64,000 nt of DNA from the NCBI RefSeq assembly GCF_048593235.1, contig NC_133621.1, positions 29,389,254 to 29,453,253 on the forward strand, given 5' to 3'. Under the pieces are notes generated by a model. It was not told the DNA's origin. It saw only the letters and a list, made by a program, of their open reading frames with translations, and made no database searches. The position numbers were made by a program, and so were the translations under genes. Shown one piece after another: positions 1 to 13,757 of this stretch (its first letter is position 1; the number at the start of each line of letters is the position of its first letter). The DNA is from Sminthopsis crassicaudata (taxonomy: Eukaryota).

Positions 1-800
1 TGGATTCCTTTAGACAGAATATTCATCACTATGTACACCACTATTGTTCAGATCATGTCTAATGCTACTAACATTGGTTCTTTGCTGAGGAGCGAGGTGA
101 AAATTATAAAATGCAAAGAAATTAGAATAGGGAGAATTGCATACTTCCAATTTTCAGAATTGTTCTGAATTTCAGTTGTGTTCCTAGCACAGGCTTTATT
201 CTATATTGATTTCTGTTTTCATATTTATCTAGAAATCCAATTTACATGCACTTATGAAGTGGAAAATCATTGAAGACCTAATATTCTATTCATGCATATA
301 TAAATTAATATTAAGAATTTTCAAAATAAATTCAAAGTGATATGGAGGTCTGGACCAGAAGACTATCAGACCAGAGTTGACCTGGTGAATGGATGGAGAA
401 TGACGTAGGACTTGCTAGACAAATGCCACCAAATTTCAAGATACAGTGATGTAGATGATAGAATTGGGCTTCAAGGTAAATAAGAGGGATTACTGAAGAA
501 TGGTGGTAAAGGGAAAAATCTAAATGTAGTAAAGGGGAATATTAAGGAGAAATCCTTCTTTTGCTGACTCACTGATTGGGGTTTGGGAAACTAAGACAAG
601 ATGAATTCAGTTTTGGAGAGGTGTACATATAAGTGACAAATGTGTTACTTGAGGAAATGGGTTTCTTTTGAAAGAAAATGGAAGATATTCCAAGAAGATG
701 AGTTTTGATATGAATGGAGAAACAAATGAAGAAGAAAGAGTAGGATGAATATTCTGTCAGAGTCAGACAGAGATTAATAGCTGAAAAGGTAGTTTTGACC

Positions 801-965
801 TGTTGTTGTTATTTGACCTTCATTCTTGAAGAGGATCAAGACATCAGGAAGGAGATGCCATGCCATGCAAGTGAGTTGGATTTGAGTGAGGGAGGGCTGC
901 CCCTCCAGAGTCATCTGTCCAGATTAAGATCAAATCTACTGGAGATGGCCCTGGATATATTAGGA
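801..965 (-). mobile_element. RTE-associated SINE or RTE 3' end (WALLSI-like; exact family uncertain)
   Basis: TGTTGTTGTT tail then CCTTCATTCTTGAAGAGGATCAAGACATCAGG...GCAAGTGAGTTGGATTTGAGTGAGGG; reverse-complement match to the copy at 59290-59375. Confidence 0.6.
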
Positions 966-1117
966 AGTGTCTTAAAGCCTATGAACCTCTTCTCATAATG
1001 TTGTTTTTATTAAATACATACAATAAAGACCAAAGATTAGAAAGGAAACCAATTATATTAAAATGAAATTGTCATTTAAAGTATTTTTATTTAATGTTTA
1101 AATTTTTAAGTATTTAT

Positions 1118-1200
1118 TTTTGATGAGACAATTACACAAGTATTATGTGTCTGAGACCAAATTTGAACTCAGACTCCCCTGAAGGGCTATCCACTGGGCT
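1118..1200 (-). mobile_element. CORE-SINE fragment
   Basis: GTGTCTGAGACCAAATTTGAACTCAG (reverse B-box/CORE). Confidence 0.6.
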
Positions 1201-1254
1201 TTCCTCCCCTTCCCCTCCCCCCCAGTTTTTTAAATGGGAAGACATTCTGTTAAG

Positions 1255-1375
1255 AATATTCCAGACCAGAATTCAAATCTAGTTTTAGATACTTAACAGC
1301 TTCCTAGCTGTGTGGCCCTGGGCAAGTCACTTAATCCCAACTACCTCAGTAAAAACAAACAAACAAACAAAAAAG
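1255..1375 (+). mobile_element. WSINE1-type CORE-SINE with (AAAC)n tail
   Basis: GAATTCAAATCT...CTTCCTAGCTGTGTGGCCCTGGGCAAGTCACTTAATCCCAACTACCTCAG followed by AAAAACAAACAAAC. Confidence 0.8.
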
Positions 1376-1477
1376 AATATCTCCTAAGGAAGCAAAGTTA
1401 ATTGGATAATTTGACAAGATTCACAACATAAAGGGTCAAAATGTGAAGTCCTGCAATCATACTAAATATCAGATGAT

Positions 1478-1715
1478 TCAGTTGTTATTCATTCATTTCA
1501 ATCATGTCCAACTCTTTGTGGACTGATTTGGGGTTTTGCTAGCAAAGATACTGGACTGGCTTTCCATTTCCTTCTCTAGCTTATTTTACAGATGAGAAAA
1601 TTGAGGCAAATAGATTTAAGTTACTTTCTCAGAATCACACAACTAATAAGTATCTGAGGCCTGACTGGAACTCAGATCTTCTTGATTCCAGGCCTAGCAC
1701 CCTATCTAGTGCTCT
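1478..1715 (-). mobile_element. MAR1-type SINE
   Basis: GTTGTTATTCATTCATTTCAATCATGTCCAACTCTTTGTG...GCAAAGATACTGGA...TTCCATTTCCTTCTCTAGC (RTE-like tail) joined to reverse CORE (TTTTACAGATGAGAAAATTGAGGC). Confidence 0.85.
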
Positions 1716-2989
1716 CTTAGGCACTCTTAATAAATCTTCCTACCTATCTATGGTATTTATATACACATATGTCTCAAGAATCTTGGGTAATATAAATGAT
1801 ATCTTAATAATATAATATATATTAATAAATAGAATAAATAATATCTTAAAAATTTCCAATTTCCCAGATGCAATCTTGTAATCTAGATTTATTTGAAACT
1901 TGTTTTGCCTTCTGAATTTATTAATAGAGAGAATGGTAATAGGGATATCTGTCTCTATAGATAGACTATATACTCTATCAGCTCCATCACTGGGCAAAGA
2001 TTATGCAAAAGGGGTAATGATTTTTCATTAACTCAGTAATTTAGCACAAGAGCTCTCTGATTCTTTATACTATTATTCCAAATTTTCAATGTCAGTGTAA
2101 GAGTAGATACTGTGTACAAAGTCCCAAGTAGTCATGCTTTGTCTATGAGTAAATTGAGAACATTATAAAAATGGCTTCTAAGATATTTTTCAGTCTAGTC
2201 TATGACCCTATCAACAATTTCTTGGGTCACTATGACCAAACCAGAGGGGGCAGGTCTGAGATGATTAACCTTTCTAGATAGAAGACAGCCTTTCATCAGA
2301 CACATATTTGAAGACCAGAAATAGGATTCCATTGGAAAGCTTTTTCATGCTCAATGAGGTGAATAGGACCCCAACAACCCCAACAAGATCGGGTTTTTGT
2401 TGCTATATAGGTTATAAGAAAGGAAGTTAGCAGGAGAGGAATTGAATCTGAAAGCCAAGCTGCTCCCTACTCTGAAGGATCTGGGATCTTATTCAGCTCC
2501 CATCATGCTTTGTGAGGCAGTGGAGTAGGATCATTGTTAGGTCACAAAATGTTTGAAATGTAGGGGGGAAATCCAAATAACAAATTACATGTAATTTATC
2601 AAATATTTGCATGATCATATTCCTCCTACTAATTTAGGTTAAATAGTTCATAGAACCTATTAATTTACTTGGGTTGTTTTACGTCATGTGGCAGACTTAA
2701 CTGAACCTACCTACTTTCTAACACTGTATTATTTCCTATCATTGAAAATAATGAATTGAGTCTAACACTCGAGTTCATTTGCATATCATTTTTGTAGAAT
2801 TCCTTATGACAGGTTAGCATAAGTAAGATGAAGAATGATCCCACAATGAAAATTCATCTTTTTATTTGATTTATATCAAGAATGGTTTCTGAATAGGTCT
2901 TGCATTTGTGACCACTTTTTCTCTATCAGAAATTTTTAATATAGATTGACACTACCTAACACCTCTCATCTAAGAAGAAAGAGAAACTG

Positions 2990-3310
2990 GATTTGCATTA
3001 AAAATGTCAAATTGTTAATAGTTTTCTTTGGTGTTTTTTTTTTTTAATTCCTCAAAATTAAATTAATGCAGTAATTATCTTTTTTCTCTCATGTAGAAAA
3101 AAATACCAAAAAGCAAATGAGAAAATATAAACCAAATTATAGAGAATAAAATAAAAAAAAAATAATGGGAAAAAAAACTAAAGATAAGAAAAATTAAATA
3201 ATACTTGATACAATGATTAGCTTGTTCTACTCCATTTAGGATGATTTCTATTTTAAAAGCAATAGTTTCAAAAACATACATTTGGCCAAAAAATATCACT
3301 ATTTAATATG
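2990..3310 (-). mobile_element. Degenerate L1 3' fragment
   Basis: A-rich block resembling the antisense L1 3' ends elsewhere in the window. Confidence 0.4.
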
Positions 3311-3479
3311 AAAATTGTGTGACTGATGAATCTGTACTCAGAGCACATATCAGGTGTTTTTTAAGATGCAGCTTTTATTTTCATTCCTATGCCTTAATAC
3401 TAATTGTTGCCCAGTTAATCTGTTTTCCACATTATCTCTTAGAATCCTAGATTTCCTTGAAGAATCACCAAATGCCACC

Positions 3480-3690
3480 GTCTTCAAAAACCTTTTGCAG
3501 TCACCTTGGCTGCTGGAGCCATCACCTCTGAGATTTTTTTTCCCATTCTATATATATTATATATATACCTAATAAATTACCTGTTGTCTCTTCTTCAAAA
3601 TATAAGCTACCTGAGTGTAGGAAGTGCTTTTGTCTTTATATCCTTAGAATTTAGCACGGTACCTGTCATCTAATAAGCTCTTATATTTAT
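3480..3690 (+). mobile_element. L2 3' end
   Basis: TAAGCTACCTGAGTGTAGG...TTTGTCTTTATATCCTTAGAATTTAGCACGGTACCTG...TAATAAGCTC matches the L2 terminal pattern. Confidence 0.65.
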
Positions 3691-4954
3691 CCATTGGTTG
3701 ATCATTACAGAGTCATCATCAAGGAGCCTCTTCTTGTATCCTGTTCCTAAGACTTTAGGCAGCTTAATCAAAATCTCCCTAAGCTTTCTTGTCAATGTAT
3801 TCAGTGCTAAACAGGTTCTAATTTAGGCAACATTAAATTCTAAGAGCCCAGTGTTTATATCCTGCCAGTGCACAGCCTTGGGATGGTGGGGATGTTAATG
3901 TTTTCTTTAGGAGTATTGACAACCATCCTCTTCCTGCTCCACCTTCTTGACTACTTATCTCCCTGGTTAAGGTCACAAGCAGAAAAATAAGTGGATTGCA
4001 TAGCACAGAAATCAACTATAGATGATTTATGGAAAGTATCAGCTCTAGAAGGTGATGTAAAAAACATATCAGGGATGCTAGACACCAAGGAGAATATACA
4101 GGAGTGGTATAGAAAGCAATCTGATTGACAGTTCTGTCTTTTCTTCCCAGACAGAGCTATCCTATGACCCTGTCATTCAATCTTTTATTGAACATCTCTT
4201 CTATTATATTCTGTCAATCTTTTATTTTGTATAATGGCTCTTTAAGATTGAAGCTTAGTTACAAAAGCTCTTAAATGGCAGTCTCATTGAAAAATCTGAG
4301 TAACCTTTTTTTAGGAATCATACTCATTTATTTCCCTTCTATTTTCAATATAGTTAAAAAGTTTACTTGAACACATTTACAGAAATAATTTTCATGGCCA
4401 TTTTATTGGTTGATTTTTTTATTTCAATTTTTTTTATTTTAAAATTATAATTAAGAGTTATTTTATTCCTAATTGAGGAGGACAGTAGGGCCTAAATAAT
4501 TCATGATAAAATTAAACTTATAAACTGTATGAATATATGACATACTGAGATCAAATAAAAACTTGCATTTTAGGGAAATATTAATTAACAACAGGACTAT
4601 AATCACTTAATTATTATGATAGATAAGGATGATGAAGAGGAGGAGGAGGAGAGGGTCTCTCTATCTTGCCCAATCTGAAAGCAGAGGATTGTCTCTTTGG
4701 CTGTAAGCCCATTACTGATTGACTTGGAAGATGCGATCTCCCTTTGTGACCTACTTAGGCCATATTGTCCATTCCTTACCCTTGTCTCTGTGTCTCTAGG
4801 GCTTTTTAATATTAATATCTGTCTTAATGTAAATACCCAATTAGCTTTATTCTACTGAAGGTTATAACTCTGAAACTGTCAACATTTTCAGAAGCAGAAA
4901 ATATAATTATCTGCCACCATTCAGATCATCCTTTTATTTTCCATATAATAATTC

Positions 4955-5850
4955 TGACCTATATGATCAGAAAAGTTTCAAGTTTGAAAGAACTTCAGTC
5001 ACCTTTCCATATGTGAAGAAGAATCTTCTCTAATGCATATTTGCCAAATAGCCATCCAGTCTTTGTTTGAAGTTTACCATCATAAAGAGGAACCCAAAGT
5101 TTTCTATAGCCATCTATTTTACTTATAAACTGACTGATTAGATTACCCTGACATCAGTCTAAATTTGCCTCTTTCTAACTTTCTCTATTTTTTTCCCCTA
5201 GGGCCAAGCAAATTCCTTTATGGGATAACCCTTCAAATAAATACTTGAAGGCAGCTATTATACCATTTCCCTCTTCTATTTCCTCCTGTCTTAAGATTTC
5301 TCTTCTTCAGGCTAAATATTTTAATTTCCTTAAATCAATCTTTTCATATATAGCATGAATTTCAGAATCCTTCCACATTTTGGCTAACTTCCTCTGAATC
5401 CTCTCTTGCCTATAAGTATCCTTCTTAGAATAAAGTAGACTAAACTAAATGTAATACTGTAGGTATTATCTAGTAGAGGTACAATATAGCAGAGCTATAA
5501 CTACCTGATTTCTGAAAGCTCTGCCTGGTCTTATTCAGCTCAAGACCATATTATACCACTATCTCATTTTGGGTGTGGAGTCCTTTGCAACCCAGAAATC
5601 TATTTTTTTTTCCAAATTTCTCTCTAACCAAGTCTTCCCTATCTTGTGAAACTTCTTTGTTTTGTATGTAATACTTTTGGTATACTTCTATTTCTTTCTT
5701 TCTTTTTTCTTTCTTTTTTTATTTTGTCCAATGCTCTAACCCATCAAGATTCTTTTGAATCCTGATTCCCCTTTTTGTATTTCATCAATCAATTCCCTCA
5801 CCAGTTTTGTAAGATCTTAACATTGGATAAGTGTCATCTATGCCTTAATT
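4955..5850 (-). mobile_element. L3/CR1 LINE fragment
   Basis: GCCATCCAGTCTTTGTTTGAAG, CTGACATCAGTCTAAATTTGCCTCTT, CCCTTCAAATAAATACTTGAAGGCAGCTAT and CTCTTCTTCAGGCTAAA are CR1 3' motifs in reverse. Confidence 0.75.
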
Positions 5851-5949
5851 AATTTAAAAATCTCTATGCTTGACTTCTTTCTCAGAAAAGAAAAAAAAAA
5901 ATTAGTAGAATTTCATATTAATTTTTCTTCTCTTCAATGTACTTTTAGA

Positions 5950-6400
5950 AAATATTTTAATCTGCTTTTAGGTCACTAATAATTTTATTTTAAAAAATAG
6001 GTTTTAGATTCTTGCTCTCCCTCTAGTTTCTCTCCTGTCCATTGAGAAAGCAAATAATATGATACCTACTAAATGTGTAAAATTATATATCCATATAAAC
6101 CATATTTCCAAAAGAAAGCAAAAAAAAAAAAAAAACCAAAAAAAAAAAACAAAAAACAAAAAAAAACAAAAACATGCTTCAATAGACATTTCAGGTTCAT
6201 CAGTTCTCTTCCTGGAGGTTGATAGCATTTTTCATCTTGAGTCCTTTGAATTTTCGTGGATCATTGTTTCGTTCAAACTAGCTTTCTTCCACCGTTGCTT
6301 ATCTCTATATTATTGCTGTTATTGTGTCCAATGTTATACTTCTATTCATCTCACTTTGCATCAGTTGATATCTTCCCAAGGTTTTCTGAAACCACGTCTC
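5950..6400 (-). mobile_element. L1 3' end fragment
   Basis: CATGCTTCAATAGACATTTCAGGTTCATCAGTTCTCTTCCTGGAGGTTGATAGCATTTTT...GAATTTTCGTGGATCATTG, shared with other antisense L1 3' ends here. Confidence 0.7.
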
Positions 6401-7236
6401 AATGAATAATTAATTCAATAGCTGGGGAAATGGGTTTGAATTTTGAAAACAACTATAGTATTATATATTTAGAAATGGAAGCTTTTTAGTCAAATCTATT
6501 TTATTCAAAAAAAAAAAAAACTGAAGTTCTAATGAACTTAAATAACTTGCCCAAAATGAACTAGGAGCTAAAAATGGAAGAATTAGAACATAAGTCCACA
6601 AACTCCAAATTCAGTGGGCATCCCCATGCATGCAGATCTATACATGTAGATTTGTGTGTGTATCTATATTTATTGTAATGTCTGCTTTGAGTAAATTATG
6701 CATTTTTAATTAAGGCACAGACTTTGTTAAAGGATTCAGAAATTTTTCAATTAAAAATAGCAGGCGTGACTTATCAGATCCCCTTTCAATTTTTTTCTGG
6801 AAATTTAAGAACATAAAGTAGTCAGTGTGGGTATGCAAATATCTGTATCTTTAAAGGATCTTGAAAGGAAGAAGCTGATGAACTGCAAGTCATCAGAAAT
6901 TTTCTAATTAACTGAAAAGTGACAAGGGCCTGTGAGATAGATCCTAATTAATAGAATTGAACAGAATTAAATAGAAAAAGGAAGGGAAAAATAACTTGTT
7001 TTAAATATGACAACTTTTTCCAGAGAGTCCCAAAATGTTTGTTAGATCTAGAAATGAATGACCAAAGGTACTCATAGAATTTCCTTCCATAGAAATCTTA
7101 GGGGAAAAAAAATGACAAATATAATTGGTCAGAATAATTGAAGGGCAGAGATAAGGCAGATCATCTTTTATGACCTATGAGATTACAGGTTAGAACCTAT
7201 TATTCTAAGCCATGATTTCATGAACTAATAGCATAA

Positions 7237-7472
7237 TGTTGTTGTTCAATCTTTTTAAATTGTGTTCAACTCTTTGTGACTAGGTTTGGATTTTTCTTGA
7301 ACAAGATACTATAGTGGTTTGTCATTTCCTTCTCCAGCTTATTTTTATTTAAACATGGTTAGATGATTTTTCCAGGTTTACACAGCTAGTAAGTGTTTTA
7401 AGATGAATTTGAACTCAGACTTTCCTGCCTCCAAGTCTGGTGCTCTATCCATTGTATCACCTTGCTGCCCTG
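7237..7472 (-). mobile_element. MAR1-type SINE
   Basis: GTTGTTGTTCAATC...AACTCTTTGTGAC...AAGATACTATAGTGGTTTGTCATTTCCTTCTCCAGC...GAATTTGAACTCAG...CTCTATCCATTGTATCACCTTGCTGCCC. Confidence 0.85.
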
Positions 7473-7539
7473 ACAGCATACTTGATATATCATTATTTAG
7501 TTAAGGCTAAGGGGACCAAAAAATCCTTGAGGAACAAAA

Positions 7540-7685
7540 TCCTGGAATCAAGGAGCCTGGGTTCAAATCCTGGCTTTACTAATTTCTATCCTGGTAACCT
7601 TAGTGGAGTCACCTGCCTTCCACTCTGGATGACAGTTTCCTGATCTCTTATATGCAACATTTGGATTAAATAATTTCTGCACTTC
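7540..7685 (+). mobile_element. MIR/MIR3-type CORE-SINE
   Basis: GGAATCAAGGAGCCTGGGTTCAAATCCTGGCT B-box region followed by a degenerate core. Confidence 0.6.
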
Positions 7686-8559
7686 ATTCGACCTCCAACT
7701 TTCTGGCTCATCTCACATTTGTTAATGGGATTCATGATTTGGATAAGCATTGGATTATATGACCTGGTATCTATGATACCTTGTTTCGTGGAAATGGCCC
7801 TCATAATTCAATTCCATGTAGCCATGAAATGTTAATATCCTTTCCATGGTTCCTATTTTCCTAACAGTGTAATCAATTTCATCATGTTATTGCATATTTT
7901 GTAGAAAAAAAAATCAACAAGAAAATAACAAGATAAAATTTAGAGGGGAAGAAGCTTTAGCAGCATAAAACTTGATGTGTCAAATTAGCAAATAAAAATG
8001 ATTTAAGGTTAAAAGGAAAAAGTAAACCACTCAAAGATATGTCAGAGATCCAGTGTACTGTGTTTATAGTCTATTCAGTGGTGCCAGAGAAGTTAATGAA
8101 TGACATTTCCCAGATGTGATACTGAAATTGCCTCTTCAAGTCATAATAGTATACTAGTGGAGTGAGAGGAGGGTGGGCTTTTATGATAACAACTTCCCAT
8201 CTGTGAGGATCTTTGTATTAAATGCTGTTTATTCTGAATAAGTCTATTTTTTTTTTTTAGTATATTCCATCTAATGTTGATTGCATATGAAAATATAGAA
8301 AAAAATAATGTTTTTCTGTTCTCAACTGCAATTTTTTGGGAAGGAGGCACAGCATTTATATTTAAAAGCTTACCATTGCATCTGCAAAGTGAAAGAGAGA
8401 ATTGGGATAACATTTTTTTTTTTTTTTTGAGTCAAAGTAAAACATTTGATTTAATTTCAGTATTTGATTATTTCATCTGAAAGTGATTTGGGGCCAATGC
8501 TATCTGGATCAGATAACTGTCTTGAAAGATGTCTAGTAAAGGAATTATTATTTAGGCAG

Positions 8560-9130
8560 TCAGTGACCTCTTTCTGTAGAGGATCCTCAAGTTTCTACCC
8601 TCTGCCCTGACTTCTCTTTTGTGATTGACTCAATCTCTTCTCATGTTTGCTTACTAGCTCCACCCAGTGGTCTCATTTGGACCTATTAATTACCTCAACT
8701 TAATTCATCATTGCTCCCAGAATACCTGTTCTGGGTCTGTGTTCTGCATTTCTATTACTGTTACCTTCATTTTCCTAGGTATTCAAGTTAAAACTCTTGG
8801 AGTTACCCTTACATATTATTTTCCTAAAATCTGTTTTCCATATCATGTCTTCCTACTTGACCTCACTCAATGAACTTTGATGGCTTTCCACTTTCTATGG
8901 GAAAAACTACAAACTCTGTAGCTTGATATTTGATGCCCTTCACAAATAAGTGCATGCCTAATTTCATCTTCTCTACTTATTTTATAATATCCCTTTTTCC
9001 TGCCAAAGTAGTGCTATTCATTGTTCCATATGTATAATCCATTCATTTGGCCATGTGGCCAAAAGTATGGAATGCCTTCTCAACTATTAAAGTTTACTGT
9101 TTTCTTTAAATATCCACTCAACTAAAATTT
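8560..9130 (+). mobile_element. Degenerate L2 fragment
   Basis: Pyrimidine-rich L2-like 3' region (CACTCAATGAACTTTGATGGCTTTCCACT...GATATTTGATGCCCTTCACAA). Confidence 0.5.
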
Positions 9131-9179
9131 CTTTAATATCTAATTATAAATGAATCTAATGACCTTACCATTTTCAACA

Positions 9180-9530
9180 ACTGATCAAGACCTAAGGACT
9201 TGACAATGCCGGCTTTAGTTCCCTTCATGGCCACTGGGAAAAAATTCATTTCATCTGCCCATTCTACTAGGGGAAATCTTCTCATGCTTGAAATAGACAC
9301 TCCCCTAACTCACTGATAGATTTGAGGCTTGTCAGATACCCTCAAACCAGTTTAGCCCACCTGCTAAGACAGTTTTACTGGAGTGTGCCCACACTTCTAG
9401 GAGTCAAGGTGTGAGCTGGGTGACTAGCTGGACACCAAAGCTAGATGAACTGTCCTGAAAAAGATCTGGCAAGTCTTTACATAAGAGGTGCTAATCTTCC
9501 CTTAATACTTCCCAGCCTCCCCAAAACATG
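9180..9530. mobile_element. Marsupial RTE-type SINE-like repeat (family uncertain)
   Basis: GC-richer block GGAAATCTTCTCATGCTTGAAATAGACACTCCCCTAACTCACTGA...AGAGGTGCTAATCTTCCC resembles a common marsupial repeat; recognised from memory only. Confidence 0.4.
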
Positions 9531-11019
9531 CCTTATTTATCTGTTTTCTCATATATAGTGGATGCTCAACAGGTTTTTGAAATAAGAATGATACACTTGA
9601 ATTCTTCCCCTTTCAGTCTTCTGTTTCCAAGTTTTGGCATTTGTTGGGTAGAAGAAACCATTCCAATTCTAAACTTATCTCATAAAGATCTTTAAGAAAG
9701 TTTCACATTGTCTTATCCAGAACTCCCTATCTGCTTGTCAATTAAACTAGGTCAATGGACTCCAATGAGGCTTTTGGCTGAATGTTGCATTATAACAAAT
9801 TAAAAACATTACCAAGATCAACTTATTGAAGCCATAACCAAGGGTGTTCAGGATCAGCATCAGAACCAGGGTGTATAGTTCAGCGCTGACAGTGTCAAGT
9901 CAGAAGATTTTGGCAACACTTTTAGTGTTTAGTTATAGAAATGTAATTAAAGTAAGAAATGAATGTTGACTTGGGATCAGGGATAACCGAGGCAGAATCT
10001 GGTATGAGGCAACTACTAATTGCATGATTTTGAGAAGTCATTTTACCCTTATTAAATAGAATTTCAATGGATTCTGACTTGATCCTTCCAAATTCACTGC
10101 CAGAACTAAATTCACAATCCTGTGTGAGAGTCCCACGCCCCTCTAAGATACTCCCAAAAGAAAGCTTGTGTCAGAGGGGTCTCTATCTCTCCTCTCTGGG
10201 GTGATGTTTGCCCTCACATAACCCCAAACTGAGGGTACAATTCATACTTCTGGTTCCAGTATGAATCGACGTGATTTGCCCATGACCTACCTTTGAATTT
10301 CTCTGATTTAGCCAAATGAAACTGGGCAAAGTCAAATTAACTTCATTTTGTAGCCTTACAAGGTCAAATGAAAACAGGACTTAGAATAGCATGGTGTTCC
10401 ATACAGTATATGTTCTTTCCTATTTGGGGAATGTAAAATCTGGTTTGTACTTTGACATCCAATGCATGTTATGTTTTCCTTGAGAGTGCAGATCTCTACC
10501 CCACAAACACTCAGCCACATTATTTTCCGGTCAATTAGCTGACAGCACAGCTAGGGTAGTTATCATTGGTTGAATACTGAGAATGCCTTTGAAGTTTTGC
10601 CTTTCTCCAACTTTGCCAGGTTAACCTTGTGAGGAAGAATCTTGTTATGAAAAGATCTGGGGAAATTTGTGCTATATATTATTTTGCAAGGAGTCTTTTT
10701 AAACTGCAAACTGACCCCTTAAACAGAGAGGAACAAGAGGAATTCTTTGTTGATTCTTTATGAGCAATGGAAGCAATTATAGACTAGAAGAATGGGATCC
10801 TAAGTTAATTGGTTAACAAGTATTTACTTCTAGGGAGACAAAGATGAAAAACTAAAATAAGACCTGTCCTCAGGGAACTTACTTAATGGAGACAACAGGG
10901 GCACATACATATATGCATATATATGTGTGTGTATATATACATATATATATGCAGGCAAATATGCTCATTCCATATTTACAGTATAAATATGGAATAAATA
11001 GAAGTATATGTAAATAATT

Positions 11020-11270
11020 AAGAAGCAAGGGCACAGTATGTTGGGCTTGGAATCAGAAACATACATCTTGAATTCAAATCTGGCTTCAGATACTTATTAG
11101 CTGCATGGCCCTAAGCAAGTTATTAAACCCTTCTTGTCTTCTTTTCCTCCTCTATAAAATGTGCTGGAGAAGAAAATAGCAAAACATGCCCAGTATCTCT
11201 GCCAACAATACCCCAAATGAGGTCATGAAGAATTGGACAAGATTGAAAAATGGATAACATTATAAAATAG
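11020..11270 (+). mobile_element. MAR1-type SINE
   Basis: TTGAATTCAAATCTGGCTTCAGATACTTATTAGCTG core then GCTGGAGAAGAAAATAGCAAA...CCAGTATCTCTGCCAAC...CCCCAAATGAGGTCATGAAGAATTGGAC. Confidence 0.85.
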
Positions 11271-12034
11271 TGAAATACTTGTGATCCATAAAGACAGGGC
11301 AGCTATATCTTAAATTAAGAGATGGATCTGTTGAGAGATATTCTATCAGATTTCAGAGTAAATGACATGTGTTACTTAGATATTTCCCTTGAAAACAAAA
11401 AGCTTTGTTAAAAGAAATGACACAAGTGGCGACTTTTTTAATTCTTACATTCCAGTAACTGTTATTTGGTATAAAACACACATGACAAACTTTCATCTCA
11501 TGTATCAGTTATTCAGGGTTTTTTCCTTGAGTACAAACTTTGGGGGAACCAGTGCTGTTTTTCTCCTAATTTATATACTCATAGAACAGACTAGAAATGG
11601 AGAAGCAACCCTTTGGGGCTACCGTAGACTCCAAGAATTTGAGAGTTGGAAGGAATAGCAGAGCTAATGGAGAGTATAAAAATAAATATTCTAAAAGACA
11701 GTGTTGTAAATAATACATAAAAATAAGCATTCTCATGTTTAATGAATGCCATCATATAGCATGTGTCAACTTACTATAACTATCTCCAGCTGCATTACAT
11801 TTAGTGGTAAAAAAAAGTGCTCAAGGTTATGTGTCTACATAGTATGTATCTAATGTTTTGAAAAATAACAATAGTTTTCATCTCCAAATCTGAAAAGATT
11901 TCTGAGTATATGTTTACTATCTTACCTTTGCTTTTACTAGCTTTCTCACTGTGCTATTTATCAGTCAGTTTATGCCCCTGAGTACTCAACTTTTCCTAAG
12001 TCCTACTAAATTGCTAATGTTTTAAAAGCAGTAT

Positions 12035-13445
12035 TTTTTTCTTTCTTTTCATTTCATTTTTTTTCATTTTCAATACTATTTTATTTTTCTAGCAACATGT
12101 AAAGAAAGTTCTCAGAATTCATCTTTGTAGGATTTAGAGTTCAAATTTTTTTCTCCCTCCCTTCCTTACTTCCCCCACCCCAACATAGCAAGCAATCTGA
12201 TATAGATTCAACATGAACAATTCTTCTAAACATATTTCTATATTTGTCATGTTGTGAAAGAAAATGGAACAAATGGGAATAAAATTCTTGAGAAACAAAA
12301 AACAAGCAAACAAACAACAACTATAACAAAGAGGTGAAAACAGTATGCTTTGATTTGCATTCAGTTTCCATTGTTCTCTCTCTAGATGTGGCTAACATTT
12401 TCCATTCCAAGTCTATAGGAATTGTTTTAGATCACTGCATTGCTGAGAAGAGCTAAGTCTATCTGCCATAGTTGATCATCACATGATCTTGCTGTTACTA
12501 TAAACAATGTTGTCTTATTTCTGTTCACTTCACTCAAAATCAGTTCATGTAAGTCTTTCTAGGTTTTTCTGAAACCAGTACACCCATCATTTCTTCAATA
12601 ATAATAATGTTTCATTACCTACATATACCATAAGTTATCTAGCTATTCCCCAACTCATGGGCATTCACTCAATTTCCAGTTCCTTGACACTACAAAAAGG
12701 TCTGCTATAAACATTTTTGCATATGTGGTTTCTTTTCCCTTTTTTATTATTATTTTTTTTTTTTGGGACACAAACCTAATAGAGACACTGTTGGATCACA
12801 GGATATACACAGTTTTATACTCTTTTGAGCATAGTTCCAAAGTGCTCTCCAGAATGGCCCTATCAGTTCACAACTCCACTAACAATGCATTAGTGTCCCA
12901 ATTTTCCCACATCCTCTTCAAAACGTCTCATTCTCTTTTCCTGTCATTTTACCAATATGATGGTACCTCAGAGTTGTTTTAATTTATATTTTTAATCAAT
13001 TGTGATTTAGGTTATTTTTATATTCTCTAAACAACTTTAAATTTCTTCATCTGAAAAGATCTTCATACCCTTTGACCATTTATTAATTAAGGAATGCTTT
13101 ATATTCTTATAAATTTGACTCAGTTCTCTATATATTTTAGAAATGAGACATCAGAAATACAGACGGTAAAAATTATTTCCCAGTTTCCTGATTTCCTTGT
13201 AATCTTGATTGCTTTGGTTTTGTTTGTGTAAAACCTTTTTATTATTGTAACCAACATTATCAATTTTTAATTTCATAATGTTCTCTACTTCTTTGGACAT
13301 AAATTTTCCATTTCTACATGGATCTGACAGGTAAACTATTCTTGCTCTCATAATTTGTTTATAGTATCACCCTTTATTTCAAAATAATGAACCCATTTCA
13401 ACTTTATTTTGATAAAGGGATTGGGATGTGGTTTATGCCTAGATT
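12035..13445 (-). mobile_element. L1 3' portion (end of ORF2 plus 3' UTR)
   Basis: CTCTCCAGAATGGCCCTATCAGTTCACAACTCCACTAACAATGCATTAGTGTCCCAATTTTCCCACATCC is the reverse complement of the conserved ORF2 C-terminal region; T-rich tail at left. Confidence 0.9.
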
Positions 13446-13571
13446 TTAGCAGGCACCTTTTCTTATCTATACTTTACACCTTATTTTGTCTGTAGCACAG
13501 CATATTGCACACAGTGGATAACCAATTAATCAGAAAGTATTTGTTAAAATACTATTCTATGCCAGGAATAG

Positions 13572-13757
13572 ATGGTGGTGCAGTGTATAGAATACTTCAC
13601 TTGAAATTGGGAAGACTCATCTTCATGAGTTCAAATTTAGCTTCAGACACTTACTATGTGACCCTGGACAATGGAAAACTACTCCAGTATCTTTGCCAAG
13701 AAAACTTCAAAATGGAGTCACAAAGAACCAGACATGACTGAGAGGTCTCAACAACAC
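13572..13757 (+). mobile_element. MAR1-type SINE with internal deletion
   Basis: GGTGGTGCAGTGTATAGA A-box, GAGTTCAAAT B-box, then CTCCAGTATCTTTGCCAAGAAAAC...GGAGTCACAAAGAACCAGACATGACTGA. Confidence 0.85.
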
